A stretch of 63,982 nt of DNA, filler included, from Collodictyon triciliatum (Eukaryota): the NCBI GenBank assembly GCA_043381765.1. It is 12 parts of 12 records of this genome, joined end to end, with 100 filler letters (N's around TTAATTAATTAA, not from the genome) between each part and the next. Parts side by side here need not be neighbours in the genome. Positions count along the whole stretch, not along the records: positions 24,151 to 30,088 come from JBHJMP010004822.1; positions 30,189 to 36,127 come from JBHJMP010004823.1; positions 36,228 to 42,164 come from JBHJMP010004824.1; 9 more parts are not named here. One strand, written 5' to 3'. Below are positions 24,533 through 38,539 of this stretch, in pieces (the stretch's first letter is position 1; each line of letters starts with the position of its first letter). The notes below the pieces were generated by a model. That model did no database searches. It worked only from the letters and a program-made list of their open reading frames with translations, and was not told where the DNA came from. The position numbers and the translations under genes are program-made.

Positions 24533-27500
24533 GAGCCATCGAAAGTCTTATCGATTATTTATCGGTGCTCCAGGGGATCAAACAAGGTCCATTTGCAGGT
24601 TATTCTCATTCACTGGATATGTTGTCAGTAAATTTGAATCTACACATCATATCATCCAGATAATATATAAATGAAAAATATCTAGGGGAGAGACATCTAC
24701 GGCAATCAACAGGCTATCGCCCCTGAATGGCTCGATTTTCACATTGTTAGCCATGTTACAGGATCGAATGTCCCTGCAATAATTCTACTGGAGGAATTTA
24801 TCAATACAGAATCCCGATACCCCCTCATCATGGTTTCTTTTGATATTGAATTGGCAGGAACGTATACACTCAAGGCAATCTATATGAATAAAGCACTTAA
24901 TGCTGAAGTTGCTATTCGCATAGAAACAGGTATTACTCTTTTCATTAATTTTATTAATGGCGTATACCTTATTTCCAATCAAATTTTTGCGTACATATTT
25001 TGATATTTGGTTGTTACTGCTGTTGTTGTTTTTTCACCAATAGTTTACTAAAAAGAACATAGCCGAGAAAACCCTTTTCATTGTAAACCTGATTTATTCT
25101 AAATTCTACCCTAGGACCCATCGATTACTTAAGCTGCTCAGCATTTGGTCCTGGTTTAGAGTTTTCTGGTGTTGATGTTACAAAAAGATTTAGCATTCTT
25201 GCGTACGATAAATTTAAAAATGAAGGGATTGAAGTCCAATCATCATCTTTTCACGTCAATATTAATGGAACTGGTGTGGTAGACATAGCAATTGCAAAAT
25301 CTCCATCGAAAATCAACCAATTAGATATAATGTATCAGACCACACTTGCAGAGACTATTTTTATAGAGATTACATCACCTGATAAATCCATTCATATTCC
25401 TGGGTCTCCGTTCTTGGTAATTGTCGAACGTATGCCCTCATTTTCCATCACCCATTCGATGAAGATCATAACTCTATATTTGATTATTATTATCATTATT
25501 ATTATCATTATTACTAATGTTATGGAGAATAATGATAAATAAATTAAACCGCATTACTTATATTATATCTGATAACAGGTATAGCGGTTGTGTCTCAAAT
25601 ATTTCCCCTCAATGCGCCAATAAACCAGAACATAACAGTAACCGTCAGTGGAAAGTACTTTACGAATTCATCATCGACGTACTGCATTTTGGACGGGGAA
25701 AGGTTCAATTATTACGCATCAAAACTATGAAATCCTATTTATGGCTAAGGTTTTTTTTCTGAATTAAATGTTTATTAGAATATCTACCGTGTTCATCAGT
25801 TCAAATATTATCGAGTGTTTTGTTTCTGCTATTCCAAGCTTTTCAAATGTTTATATTTGCGTGACAAACGACAACAACTCGACAAGAAGTGATCATTTTT
25901 TGCTAACAATAACAGGTTTTTTAACAAAAAAAAAAAAATTCTTCCTCTTCGTAATACCCTCTCCTTTTATAAACAGATATTACTAATCGATATCATAGTT
26001 GGTATTGTCATTATTTCAGTATTAATAGCATGTATATTTTAAATTTGTCAGAAAAAATCTTGGTCAATTATATCACACCTGAAGTCGGTTATTCATGGGG
26101 AGGGAACGAAGTTCATGTTTTCGGTATGTTTTCACTTTCTTACAATCCTCTGTAAAAAAAAAAAAAACATATGAAAAATTGATGTGCTATCTCATGTCTA
26201 ATTTTTGAATATTTCAATACTTTATGATATAGGCTCTGGCTTCTTAAATTCAACTTACCTTGGTTGTTCTTTTGGAAACATTCCTTCTGTCGCTGTTATT
26301 TTCATAAGCAGTTCACATATAATATGTGTTGCCCCGTCTTCAAAAATTGGAAACTTTCCTATTTTATGCACGAACAACGGCGTCAATATCGAAAGGGGCC
26401 CTCTCTACAGATATCTAGGTTCAAATTTATATATGTAGTTCGTAATATATTGGTTAGACAAAACATAAAATCCCTATTTTTTTATATTTCTTGTATATTT
26501 ATGTATAAATAAACAAAGAATAGATGTTCAATTACAGAATAATGATGTTACTCTAATCTGAGCGAATAATGACCGTGATTGTCACAGAGCCCTATTCACC
26601 CTATTGCCGAGCGCCCGATTTGAAAGGATTAGAGGATCCAAACAAATATCAGTCATCCAACCAATTTCAAAATATTGCACCCATGGCTAATCTTGATGTG
26701 CTTTCTTCCTCGGATCCTTTTATTTTTAACTCCATTTCAGTACGATTTCAAACTTTTTTTAAAAAAAGAAATAAATAACAAGATGATGGCGTTTGTTCAT
26801 CAACTACTATCATTTGATAAAATCAAACCAATAAATTTATTGTCACCTATTATTTTGATATCAGGTGACTGACCGTGACCGATGTTGTCTATTTACATTT
26901 GAGAACGAGGGATACCTGTGTGGAATGAAATTCAATTCAACATCCCTCAGTACCAATTCAATAGTTTTGGACTTTGGATACGAAATGTTTGTTAATAAGG
27001 TATTTCATGGTTTCATTGAAAATTTATATTTCATTGTTTTTTTTCTTCTTCCGCTTGTTATTTCTGACTGTGCTGATCTATAATCAAATAGAACTATCTC
27101 TAATTTCATAATTATATTGCCATAATAGCAGCATTTGCTATTACATACCGGAATTGAATTCACTCTATCTCCCATTCTAGATATCAACATCATGGTTTGA
27201 ACCATGTACTTACTTACCCTCCTCGTATCAAATTGAGATATTTCGGGAGGGTGAGTGGGAATATCTCGACACACGGTCAGTTTACTATTAATGCAAACAT
27301 TATGTTGACCTATCTCTTCAAGTAATTCCTTTGTTTAGGACAATCGCTTCCACTTCGAATAAGCAGAGCAATCCCTGTTTTACAATTCCTAGTGATCATA
27401 TGACCACAGCGATATGTGTTGATTATTTACCTCTTCAGGTTACCAATTAATAGAAAATAGTTGTTTTCCCTTTTTTATTTACTTACACATGTGTTTACAT

Positions 27501-27538
27501 CCAGGACTCTTTTTCGAATTATAACAGTTTTCAGAACC

Positions 27539-27635
<97 letters not shown>

Positions 27636-29797
27636 CAATTACAGACTGTCTCGGCCATCAAGTTGCTCTTCAATAGCACGCAGTATGAAGCTGGTTGGAT
27701 ATTCGAGTTTGAAGTTTATGGCGTAAATTCTAGTACGTAGATTTATATTTCTATCAGCAAATGAAAGAAAATTATCAATATCAATACTGAAAATAATGAG
27801 TACCAAGTACAGCATATCTAATCATTATCACACGACCCATGAATTAGCTTATCCTTGGTCATTAAAACTAAAATCGGAGTTGGACCCGACGAGTCCTCCA
27901 CAAAGTGATGTTATCGTTAGTTTGCTTCCGTTTTATATTGAAACCCTTGACTTTCTGGGAAACTCTCTGGGGAAAAATGACCCATATTTGCAAGAAATTA
28001 AGGCAACACTTTTCTTTGAGAATGATGGCACGCATGTGGGTTGTCAGCTTGAATTAAATGGTCGAGTTTATTGTAATGTGACGGATTTCTATCTGAGTGG
28101 AGTGACGACTGGGATTATGGAGGAAGGCAAAGCAGTCTTTGCATCGATTGATTTGAAATCGCCACCAAAAGGATCTTACTTGATCATATTCGAATCAGTA
28201 CTTTCAGGGTCTGCATCAACAACATTCGAAGTTGTACCAGGTTTCATAATCACCTTATAACATATATAATCGCACGGACATGATATCAACTTAATTTCGG
28301 TTAAATTTAAGGTTCACCATACGGTTTCCAACTTCGAAACCAATCCTATTTAATTGAAGTGTATGCTCAAACTCGCACCATAGTACCAGATTTGTACATC
28401 GAAGTATGTCCTTAAAATTCTACAAGATATGTGGTGACAGAAAAATTACCACAAGTTACACCTGTTATGTAATTCCAAAATTTTATGAAGCAATAGAATT
28501 TTCGTATTCATTTCAAATTATTTAAAGATAGTAGACGTAGCTCAATCAATCATTACTGACCCCGAGGTGGAGATTAGTATTGACGTTTCTTTAATGAATT
28601 CAAGAAATGAACTAGCTTCGAATGTAAGACGCGGATGACTAAGGAATTCATCACGCATTTTTGTTAATTGTTGGATGTAATCAATGTTGATTTTTTGCAA
28701 TTACTGTTATCTTCAATTCGAATAAAGGAAAAAAATTGTTATCTTCAATTCAATTAGATGAAAGTAACATATTTCTGATAAGTCCATATAATTTTTAAAT
28801 TAAGGAAAAATTCATCATAACCCCTGCAAAAACCGTTATGAGTGGAATCTCCATACTAAATCCCAAATCAGAGTTGAGTTATCTGGTCCTGAAAAGTGAC
28901 GGGCTCATCGGTGTCAACATCACTCTTGTTATTCTTCCTGGTAATTGACTCGATTTAGATTATTCAATTAGTAAATAGTGATATTTCTTCTTTACAACAA
29001 TACGTGTTTCATGGTCATCCTCTTCTCCAATTTGAAAAGCGGAATGATTATTAAATAACCTATCATCTGAATTCCATGATAGGTATTCCATATGCATTGA
29101 CTACCCATACGTCATCGTATGGTCCTCTAGAAGCTGTATATAAGGTTATTTCCAAATCATTAATTTTATAGGCACGGGAATATATTTCATGAAAATATCT
29201 AATCATAATGGAAATGAAAAATTGTTGCCCCTTTTAAGTTTACCTTTACTTTTACTTTTACTTTTACTTTTACTTTTACTTTTACTTTTACTTTTACTTT
29301 TACTTTTACTTTAGTTTTCATAATATCTGCATGACTTATATGAACTTATTTTTATTTTATTTTAATATAGCTTAAGCTACCTCGAATGACTTTTTTCATA
29401 CAAGATATAATCGGAAACCCCACTTCATTCGAAGGAAATAGCTTTGTAGCTCAAGCATCTATCGTTTCTGTTTTTCCTCTATCTGGAAAGACAATAGCAT
29501 CCATTACCCACGGAGTATGATTCCCACTAAAATATCATTTGGATACTCACCCAAAATTTTCTTTGAATCACTTATCAAAACTGTCTAGCTTCCTATGATA
29601 TTATTCTCTATAATCCAAAATGAAATGTCACCCAATCATCAAAATTTATCATTTTCTCTTTCTATAATTTTGCCCCAAATTAGGAAGTTGTATTCGATGA
29701 TGTGTATATTGACAATCCTAACCTTGGTACATACGAATTTCGATGCACTTCATCGGGACTCATGGACAGTATTTTCAACGTTACCATCAGTCTAGGT
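24533..29797 (+). CDS. Large multi-exon, probably extracellular protein: filamin-type Ig repeats, two IPT/TIG domains, a possible discoidin-like domain and further Ig-like repeats (partial at both ends)
   Basis: Filamin motifs GRDIYGN..AGTYTL, CSAFGPGL, HIPGSPFLVIV; TIG motifs IFPLNAP..TVTVSGKYF..C..TVFISSNIIEC and ITPEVGYSWGGNEVHVFGSGF..CSFG..IICVAP; WIFEFEVYG; many N-x-S/T sequons. Confidence 0.75.
27539..27634. repeat. (TTA)n microsatellite (similar tracts at 49116-49229 and 61502-61599)
   Basis: Directly visible, all intronic. Confidence 0.95.
28705..28751 (+). mobile_element. 17-bp retroposon-tail micro-insertion with 15-bp TSD
   Basis: TGTTATCTTCAATTC [GAATAAAGGAAAAAAAT] TGTTATCTTCAATTC; same tail as the 2779-3007 element. 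Confidence 0.75.
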
Positions 29798-30016
29798 CAG
29801 TGCATCTTCATCAGTGACACTCAAATAATAGCGCCTTCAATTTTTGATTTTCGCGTGTCGAAAAATATTAAATATAAAATAATGCATCTTATTTTTCGTT
29901 TGCACAATTTAAAAAAAGATTGATAAATATTATTTCTCTTTAATCGCAACCAGCCATATGGGTTTGCTTGAATATCTTTAATTTTAGTGTTTTTTTTTGT
30001 TTTTTTTTGTTTTTTT

Positions 30017-30088
<72 letters not shown>

Positions 30089-30188
30089 NNNNNNNNNNNN
30101 NNNNNNNNNNNNNNNNNNNNNNNNNNNNNNNNTTAATTAATTAANNNNNNNNNNNNNNNNNNNNNNNNNNNNNNNNNNNNNNNNNNNN

Positions 30189-33100
30189 CTTCTATTTGTT
30201 CGTTTTATGTCGCACGCAAACTGGATCTACGACTGGTTTGACAGAGCGAAGTCTGTGGGTAGGCTTTATTTGATAGTTTCTCTCCAACTTTATCCTTTAC
30301 AAAACACCTTTATATTCTATTTTTAATAATAAAAAATAAATGAGAAACCAGAATGCTATTAACTTTGATATCTAGGAAGCAACAAAGAATGTACCCAGCT
30401 TTTTGTTTCTTTCAAAACATGCCTTGATTCAAGGGGGCTGGGTCCTCCGTTTTCCAGAAATCCGGAACGCACGTTGGGACGAATCCTTGACGTTTTTTGC
30501 GAGACGCCGTATATTTCGTTTGTTTTCTTTATATTTACCTTTTCTTTTTCTTTTTCTTTTTCTTTTTCTTTTTCTTTTTCTTTTTCTTTTTCTTTTTCTT
30601 TTTCTTTATCTTTTCTTTTTCTTTTCCTTTTTCTTTTTTTCTTTTCCTTTTCCTTTTCCTTTTCCTTTTCCTTTTCCTTTTCCTTTTCCTTTTCCTTTTC
30701 CTTTTCCTTTTTCTTTTCCTTTTTCTTTTTTCTTTTTTTCTTTTCCTTTTCCTTTTCCTTTTCCTTTTCCTATACATTTACATTTGCATTTGCATTTTAC
30801 CATCATTGTATCATCTTGAATCCTATTTTATTCTTGGTTGTGAATGTCGTAACTGGACTTTTTTTAATGCTATGCTCCCATTATACATAGTGATTCTAGC
30901 GTTTTCAAAGAGGCCGCAGAAGCAGTGTCGTATTTTGTTAGTCAGCTAGTTGGAGATATGCGATATGCGATGATGGATTTGTTAATGCAACGCATGGGCA
31001 TCTTTTCTTCATTTTCATCACAACAACTCGTTTATCATATGATATGTGAGGTACTTTTTATGCAATTTGTGATACCATTCTCTTATATTTTCTTATCCTT
31101 TCATAGAGGATTTTACTTATCGTTTGTCTTAATTATATCGTGTTAATCCATTCATAAACGACAATATTGTTGGTCGCTTTGATAATGGCTATTCTGATGA
31201 TTTCGCATTTATATATATCTCCAGATGATTCAGAAACATGACGCAGAAGTTATTGTATTGCGTCTGGATGCTATATTGGAATCATTAAACAATACCCTTA
31301 ATTCGGATTTAAATGAAAAAACAATGAAAATCTTGTGTCGCTGCCTGATTTTAATTTCGAGAAGATATCCCGAAAATTTTCACCCATTTTTCGATGTAAT
31401 ATCTCCTATCTCTTTAAAGTACAATATATTCCTAGAATAGTAGCATATTTAAGTTACATCACATTAAAAAAAAAAAACCAGGACATAATGGATATCCTGG
31501 TTGGTCATCGTGTTGACCCATCCTCACCGAAAGAAATACTCAGCCATATAGATGGTATTCATCCTTTCTTTGGATAATTTTCGGTCCAAAATATTTCTTT
31601 GTTTTAAATTGGTTTTTTATTGTTTTTTTTTTGTTTTTATTGGAACTACTGTGGATAATCCTACGGTGTTTTAGAAACATTTCCTGAATTCGTTGAAATG
31701 ATCCCGTATCATATGGAAACAATCCAAGATTTGCTACAAAATCTGTCCGAAGACTTGAAAACTATTTATGATATCGAGCAAGGTTTTTTAAAATATTGCA
31801 ATGAAACTATATTTGAATTACATGCTAGTGGCATTGATTAAATTTAATCATAGTCGAAATGGCAGGTTCCTTGTTACCACCAGAGGTTTCATTGCAGCTA
31901 GGGTATGGTATAGCACGTGCACCATATCATTTTGCAACAAACACATACTGAAATGTCTTTTAAAAACTGGCAGTTGTCTCAGGGCATTGATTAAATCCCT
32001 TGATTATGATACAACCGTCATTAATCAATCAAGCATTATTCAAACTCTTGAGATTATTCCGGACTTTCTTCAAAGGTTTTTTTTTTTGAATTTTGAATGA
32101 AGCGCGAAGAAACCTTACTTTATGTGATTCTAATTATCAAAAGAAAAAAGGCTGAGATTCAACGCATTTTTTACGCTATTTCCTTTTTAAAAAAAATAAT
32201 CTCAAGGTGTTGTACTAAGGATGCTATTGAGAACGGTACATTTAATTACTTTTATTCTGCGCTACAAATATACCAAATCTAAGTTTAGTTATCCAAATCA
32301 TGCAACTTACTATGTAATCCACTTTAGCTTTGAGTATATATATTCTGGTTATTGGAACCATTCAAGGTCCATACATCGGAGGCTGGTTTTCCACAACATT
32401 TGAAACTATCATACATAATTGTGATGACCCGACATTAATCAGCCTTGCTCTCACCGTGATGGAAAAGGTTGATCTAGTAATTATCAATACCAGCCATCTT
32501 GGGACAGTAAAAGATAGATAGAGAGAAAAGGAGAGCAATCTCATTTTATATTGCAACTCTGATATCAGATTAACTACCTAGTGTGTCCATCAAGGAATGG
32601 TGATTGCAACATCATCTCTCCATCTGGTGTTGTCTCCCTATTCCGAAGAGAATCCGATTGGGAAACACTGTCATGCAGATGCTTATTTACGAGCCAACCT
32701 TTCATCTCTCTGCTCCTCTATTCTAACTTCATTCAATTATGTATCAGCAGAAAATGTTTGGACAACTTTCCAAGAGTTTATCTCCAAAGTTGTTCAACTC
32801 AACATTTTGGAAACAGACCCGAATTTGTTGATTCTTACAAAGTCAGAAGGATGTTTATCTTATCGTGCGACTCTAACATCTCTTCTGGAGTCCATCATGG
32901 AAGTTTTCATTTCCAAAAAACCCCATCACGTGACAGGGCTCTTACGCTCGTTGTTTCAGTCCATTAAGGCCCCATGCAACCTATTAAATAAGGTGGAAGT
33001 TTTTGTCGGCTTCGATAAGAATGTTTTTCAAATGATTCCTTCTTGGTTAATGGCTCTCTTGAGATTATCTGACCTCAAAACTATGGACCATTCCTGGTGT

Positions 33101-36020
33101 GAAGCAGTTTTGTCGTTGCTGAATTATCTGCTGAAAGACCAGCCGATGAACAAGCCAATTCACATTATTGGACTACTAAGTGAACTATGCTTGAAAACCG
33201 TGGCAAAGAAAAAGTCAAGGAACCAACTTGAAACAACAGATACAATAATTATACAATTTATGAAGCAGAGATTTTTGTACTTTGTCGAACAAGTTACATC
33301 CAAAGATGATAAGGTTTTTTTATTTTAAAATAGTAGAAATATGTAAACGAAAACTTATCGACGTAATCATCTAACATGCCTTTTTTTTAAAAAAAAAAAA
33401 AAAAAAAAAGGAAAAAAAAAGTGCACTCCTAATTAAAAAAATTCAGCGTTCTGCTTTATCTACATATTTTTTTTTTATTCGTAATAGGTCGCTGAATGCG
33501 CAACAAACATCGTTGTAATGATGTTAGAAAAAGACTTCATTTTGGATGACCATGACATTGGTTTACTCTCATCTCATATTTGCACAAGGATATTTTTGTG
33601 GGATGGCTCAGTATCTTCCTTTCACCTCGATATTGCTACGCGGTGTAAGTCACTACCGAGAATTCATAGTTTTTTCTTTTTTCTTTGCTCAATCTCATTT
33701 AAATGAATGTAGTTTATTTGTGCTTTTACACACTTCCTTTGTTCTCGTCAGACTTTTACATTTTTGATGACAAAAAATAAAAAAGAGAGGCTGCATCGCC
33801 TCTTACATTTTTAAATTACGTGGATATTTCATATAATATTTCCACCTACTATATGAAAGCTTTGATCTTCATTCATTCCCTTATAGTGCCACTGCCGATT
33901 ATGAAAAGGGATGTTTTACGACAGAAGGAGTGCCTTTCAACAAAACTAAAGCAAGTGTACGGAAAAACCGATACATCGACGCTGCCATCTACTATTTTGG
34001 ACCAAGTTGGTATTTACAAGGGGATGCATTCATATTTTCCAAGTATTTGATCACCAATTTACCGCATATTTAAGCTAACGAATAGATAAATATAGGTGTT
34101 CCCAGTGATGCTGGATCCCAGTCAAATACCTAGCATGAAAATGGTTTTCATGAGACTTTTGCATTTGTATTTGAATAAGGATTTCAATTTTGAAGGCGAA
34201 TGCACAGAAAAAACCTGGGAGGACCTGAATTATATCGACTGTGTAAGTTTGACCGCGTTGAAACGCTAAACTCAATGATTTCCTTGATTTTACTATAATT
34301 TGATATATTATTGTTCCAAGTATAATATGATTTGACACAGGGAGTTTTGGAATGGGGTATTGCTTTTTGTGCCTACCAATCAGTAGCTGCAAAACTGAAA
34401 TCCACTTTTGGCCAAGCAAAGAACACCTTGGAAAACACAAACAAATTGACAGATTTGCTCTTAAAGAATCGTTCAGATGGTGCAGCAAGTGAGCATTCAA
34501 TATAACATACAAAAAAAAAATATTGAATTCGTGCAGATATTGAATTTTGAATAGAATTCAACACAAAAATAAATATTTGGTGTGCTCACTCCAAAAACTC
34601 AAAGAATCCATGGATCATATTCTGAGATTCATGAACCATTTGGAACGTGGAATTTCCTTGACACTTCGGGGGTCAATTGAAGGAACTGCCGTACCACAGT
34701 ATTTTTATTTTCATAAACTGCAAATATATTAAAAAAAATTATTTAATATATATATTCAAAGTGTATATCTGATGAAGAAACATGTGCATAAACAAACTAA
34801 TTTTCATTTAGATCAATCATAAGCTACTATATCAAGAACAAGAAGACATGTGATGATTTTTTTTCAAGAAATCGAGAAACCTTAGCGCAAGTCTCCCTTG
34901 TTGTTGGCTCTGCCCATGGTGTGATTCGACATACTCAAATTCGTCTCCAGACTCTCACTCTACAATTCTTGCGAAATATACACCACTTTGCTGACCAAAG
35001 GTATTAAAAAAAAACTGTAATAAAAGTACTCTATAGTAGCGTGTCATCGGTCATTTGTTTTGAATGGAATATAACGATACTTATTCCAGAAGGTTCCTGT
35101 CGGCCTAGAACTTTTACATGCTAATTGCAAATCATCTAGCTACTTATTTAGCTTAGTTTAGCGTAGCTAAATGAAACTAATGGTTGATTGCATTGTAAAA
35201 ATAGATACAAGAGTAAGAGAGACGACTTAATTGCAGAAATCAACTATGCAATCCTCTACTTGGCCAAAGCTTTTTACGAAACTGGAGACGGTGATTCTAT
35301 AGCCGGATTGTATGCTTGGACTCGCAATACTTTTGCGCAATATCATATATTAGAATTTACATTAAAAGCTCTCCTTGGCATCTACTATCGATTCCTGAAC
35401 AAATTCGAACTATCATTACTACTCCATCAAGAAAATCGAACAAATATACTACAAACAGTTGAGCAACAGTCTTTAGTAACAGACTACGACTTACAAGTTA
35501 TAGGCAAGCCAGTTCTTCAATTTACCAAGGAAGAAATGTTATTCCTTACTTTTCAATGTCCGCCCCAGCCGCCCAGGGAAGCCCTGACCAAAGAGTTTTC
35601 CGACCCTGTCGATATTTTGGGGACTGCCCTTGATAATTTTGATAGAGAAAAAATAAGCCAATCTCTTAATTTGTGGTCCACGTATCAATCATGTCAGGCA
35701 CTTGAAGATGTGACTCCGTTTCGTTTTCCATCTGACTCTGTTAAATTGAAGATCTTCAACATATTAGCAGAAAAAATGATCTCTAAACAAACTCGCTTCA
35801 ACTCTATGGTAACTTATCCGATGTGTTTATATTACGGACAAAATCTTTTAACATCTAACCCCTCTTGAACTATGCAGGATATGCACACAGATTTCCTAAA
35901 GGTAATGCCCAAGATGAACATCGATTCATGGATGGAATCATATTTTCATAGCATCATCCTTCGGTCCGCAGAAAAGTCATTCCCTGCAAGAAACCTGGCT
36001 GAATGGTTTTTCACTTCTGT
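30189..36020 (+). CDS. SMG1: SMG1 PIKK kinase (nonsense-mediated decay), N-terminal HEAT region, partial
   Basis: YPENFHPFFD|DIMDILVGHRVD; LEWGIAFCAYQSVAAKLKSTFGQAKNTL; ILRFMNHLER; YYIKNKKTCDDFFSRNR..VIRH. These match SMG1 blocks as I recall them (YPHIF..FRDTVDILVGWHID; WEWAIWEAAQF.V.SKLRTPLG; FFYTNRQTCQDW). Confidence 0.88.
30536..30770. repeat. (TTTTTC)n/(TTTTCC)n polypyrimidine microsatellite in an SMG1 intron
   Basis: Directly visible. Confidence 0.9.
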
Positions 36021-36227
36021 GTCTTTTTTCTTTTTCTTTTTCTTTTTCTTTTTCTTTTTCTTTTTCTTTTTCTTTTTCTTTTTCTTTTTCTTTTTCTTTT
36101 TCTTTTTCTTTTTCTTTTTCTTTTTCTNNNNNNNNNNNNNNNNNNNNNNNNNNNNNNNNNNNNNNNNNNNNTTAATTAATTAANNNNNNNNNNNNNNNNN
36201 NNNNNNNNNNNNNNNNNNNNNNNNNNN

Positions 36228-36326
<99 letters not shown>

Positions 36327-36328
36327 GT
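36228..36328. repeat. (TAG)n microsatellite
   Basis: Directly visible. Confidence 0.95.
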
Positions 36329-36416
36329 ACCTTAAAAGTAGTAGACTCGTTATCATCTTTAAAATTACAAAGGACATTAATTAGATTATTAAAAAAATCG
36401 AAAAAAAGGATCACCA

Positions 36417-36851
36417 ATGGAAAAGACTGTTTGCCCGCATTGCAGAAAAAAGTTGTCTTGTAGACGTAATTATCGACTGCATCTCAACATTTGTAGAATC
36501 AATCCAAAACGTCATGAAAAGGTTTTTTTGTGTTCCTCGTGTCCAAAGTGGTGCGGGTTTTCTGAACAATCACAGACAGAACATTTAAAGTCCAAGCATC
36601 ATCGTAACCAACTTTCCTTATTGGCTTCTATGCAATCGGGCTCACCACTCCCAGCAATTGTGAAACCTAACCTGCCAAAAGACGATTACAAACCCCGTCC
36701 ATTCAACTACTTTGATATTGTAATCGCTTCTCCTCTTTCCTCGGAAGAACAAACATCCGATAACTCTGAAAAAAAACCTTCCACTTCACTTAAAGACGTT
36801 GATTTAACAATTGCTGCCACTTGGCTTCTCAAGTTGTCAAACTCTTCATGA
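36417..36851 (+). CDS. Intronless 144-aa zinc-finger protein (C2HC finger plus C2H2/matrin-like finger)
   Basis: CPHC..YRLHLNIC and CSSC..EHLKSKHH; C-terminal IAATWLLKLS helix; AATAAA shortly after the stop. Confidence 0.7.
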   Translation: MEKTVCPHCRKKLSCRRNYRLHLNICRINPKRHEKVFLCSSCPKWCGFSEQSQTEHLKSKHHRNQLSLLASMQSGSPLPAIVKPNLPKDDYKPRPFNYFDIVIASPLSSEEQTSDNSEKKPSTSLKDVDLTIAATWLLKLSNSS

Positions 36852-37488
36852 TTTCAAATTTAAATAAATATATAGTGACCTCGTATCATTGATAAAGAAC
36901 CAAAAATTCATTTATTTGGTTACAATGGCGTTTCCCTTTGAATCAAACGAAGGTGAAAATGGTAATGTTTCCTAATCATTCTCCTATACTCAGGCGTATT
37001 TGTTTATACTTTGATATAAAGCAGTGGAGAAATACAGAATTGAGCACAAGTGGACCTTTTAAAAAAATGCAAAATTTAATAGAATATCAGTAAGTGTATA
37101 GTTAATTGAAATAGTCATCCATTTATAATTATTTTTTTGCTTAAGTTGTAATTTACATAAAAAGGCACGGTATTTTTTTATTCCATCTTAATCCCGGTTC
37201 TTTTTCTTTGCTTTTTCATTAGTTAGGGCCAGTTTTTTTTTAAGTTTATAATCTCTTTTTCTTTCTTATTTTAAGTGTTTTGTCCAAGTAAAGTCACAGG
37301 AAAACTAATACAAGAGGCTTCATCGATCTTATAGCCAAACAATACCCAAGTAAAGAATACAAAATCGTTTTTTTACTAATGTTGTCGATATTTTCTGTAA
37401 AGGAAAATATATATAGTAATAATAGTAATAGGAAAAATAAAAAATTAATAATGATAATGATAATGGATTATAAAAAAAAATTTTTTTT

Positions 37489-37530
37489 ATTCTTCCTTTC
37501 AATTTTGTGCGGGATGGTGAAGATGTTGAC
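37489..37530 (+). repeat. ~40-bp dispersed repeat; further copies at 37861-37895 (+) and 41524-41565 (-)
   Basis: ATTCTTCCTTTCAATTTTGTGCGGGATGGTGAAGATGTTG and two close variants. Confidence 0.8.
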
Positions 37531-38539
37531 ACTATAAAAAAAACATTAATATTTTATGTTGTCATTTGGCTATTTAGGGTCTTGATTTTAATACAGACAA
37601 ATGCCATGATGAGAAGAAACGGAAACATTTCCTGTATCAAAAGAATTCATTATAGTGAAAATATCAGGGTATTGTATATAAATTAGTAGCAAAGATTTTG
37701 AGGGAGATATGAATCTCGTATATTTTCACGCCGTACTACACTAACTATTGTTATCCCTAATAAAAAGTCACGGGTAATTAAAATCATGAGGAAAAATGCT
37801 AAAATTTCAAAAATTATATAAAGAGTAACCATTAAAATAAATATAAGGGAAATATTTTTTATTCTTGCTTTCAATTTTGTGCAGGATGGTGAAGAAAATA
37901 TAAGGAAAATGCTAAACAAACGATCAATTATCCAAAACCTGATAGTAGATTGAATCCTGGCATAAAAAGACCTTTTGCTTATGAATTAATTCAGCTTGTT
38001 TAACTACTAAGACATACAGAACTTGTGAGAAGGGTTATGACGCCGAGACAAAAAATAGACACTGGACCTTTCCTCGGGTCTATTATGAAATAGAGTAAGT
38101 CAGGTTAAGGGTAGAGTGTTATGAACTCCGTGAAGCTAAGTTAATGATGTAATTCGGTCTGCAAGCATATAATATGCAATATTGGATATTTATTAACATC
38201 TCCAATCCAAAAAAAACAGAAATTTCATCAATATTATTTACTATGCATTAAGATATCTAGTCGAATTCATTTTAAAAATAAACAGCCATTCTCGATTTTT
38301 TCTAGTTGAAAAAATAAGCCCAACAAACTTCATATAGAAACGTATCTAGTTTTGTTCATTTATTCACTTCTTGCCTGCTAAAAGAATGAATTCCTTTACA
38401 GGACTCCTGTGCCACGTTTTTTTTTCTTCATCGTTAGGAGACAATCATTGAGAAATCGATTTTAAAACTTCGAAAGTCGCGATCTTTTTTATTTTCCTAT
38501 CCATCTTGTTCAAAAAGGTTGGAACTTACGATTTTAAAC

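Noticed and set aside
30403-30949. Poly-F, poly-K, KR and FS ORFs here and at 48248-48634, 54575-55029 and 62531-63264
   Set aside because: These are translations of microsatellites or of N-runs.
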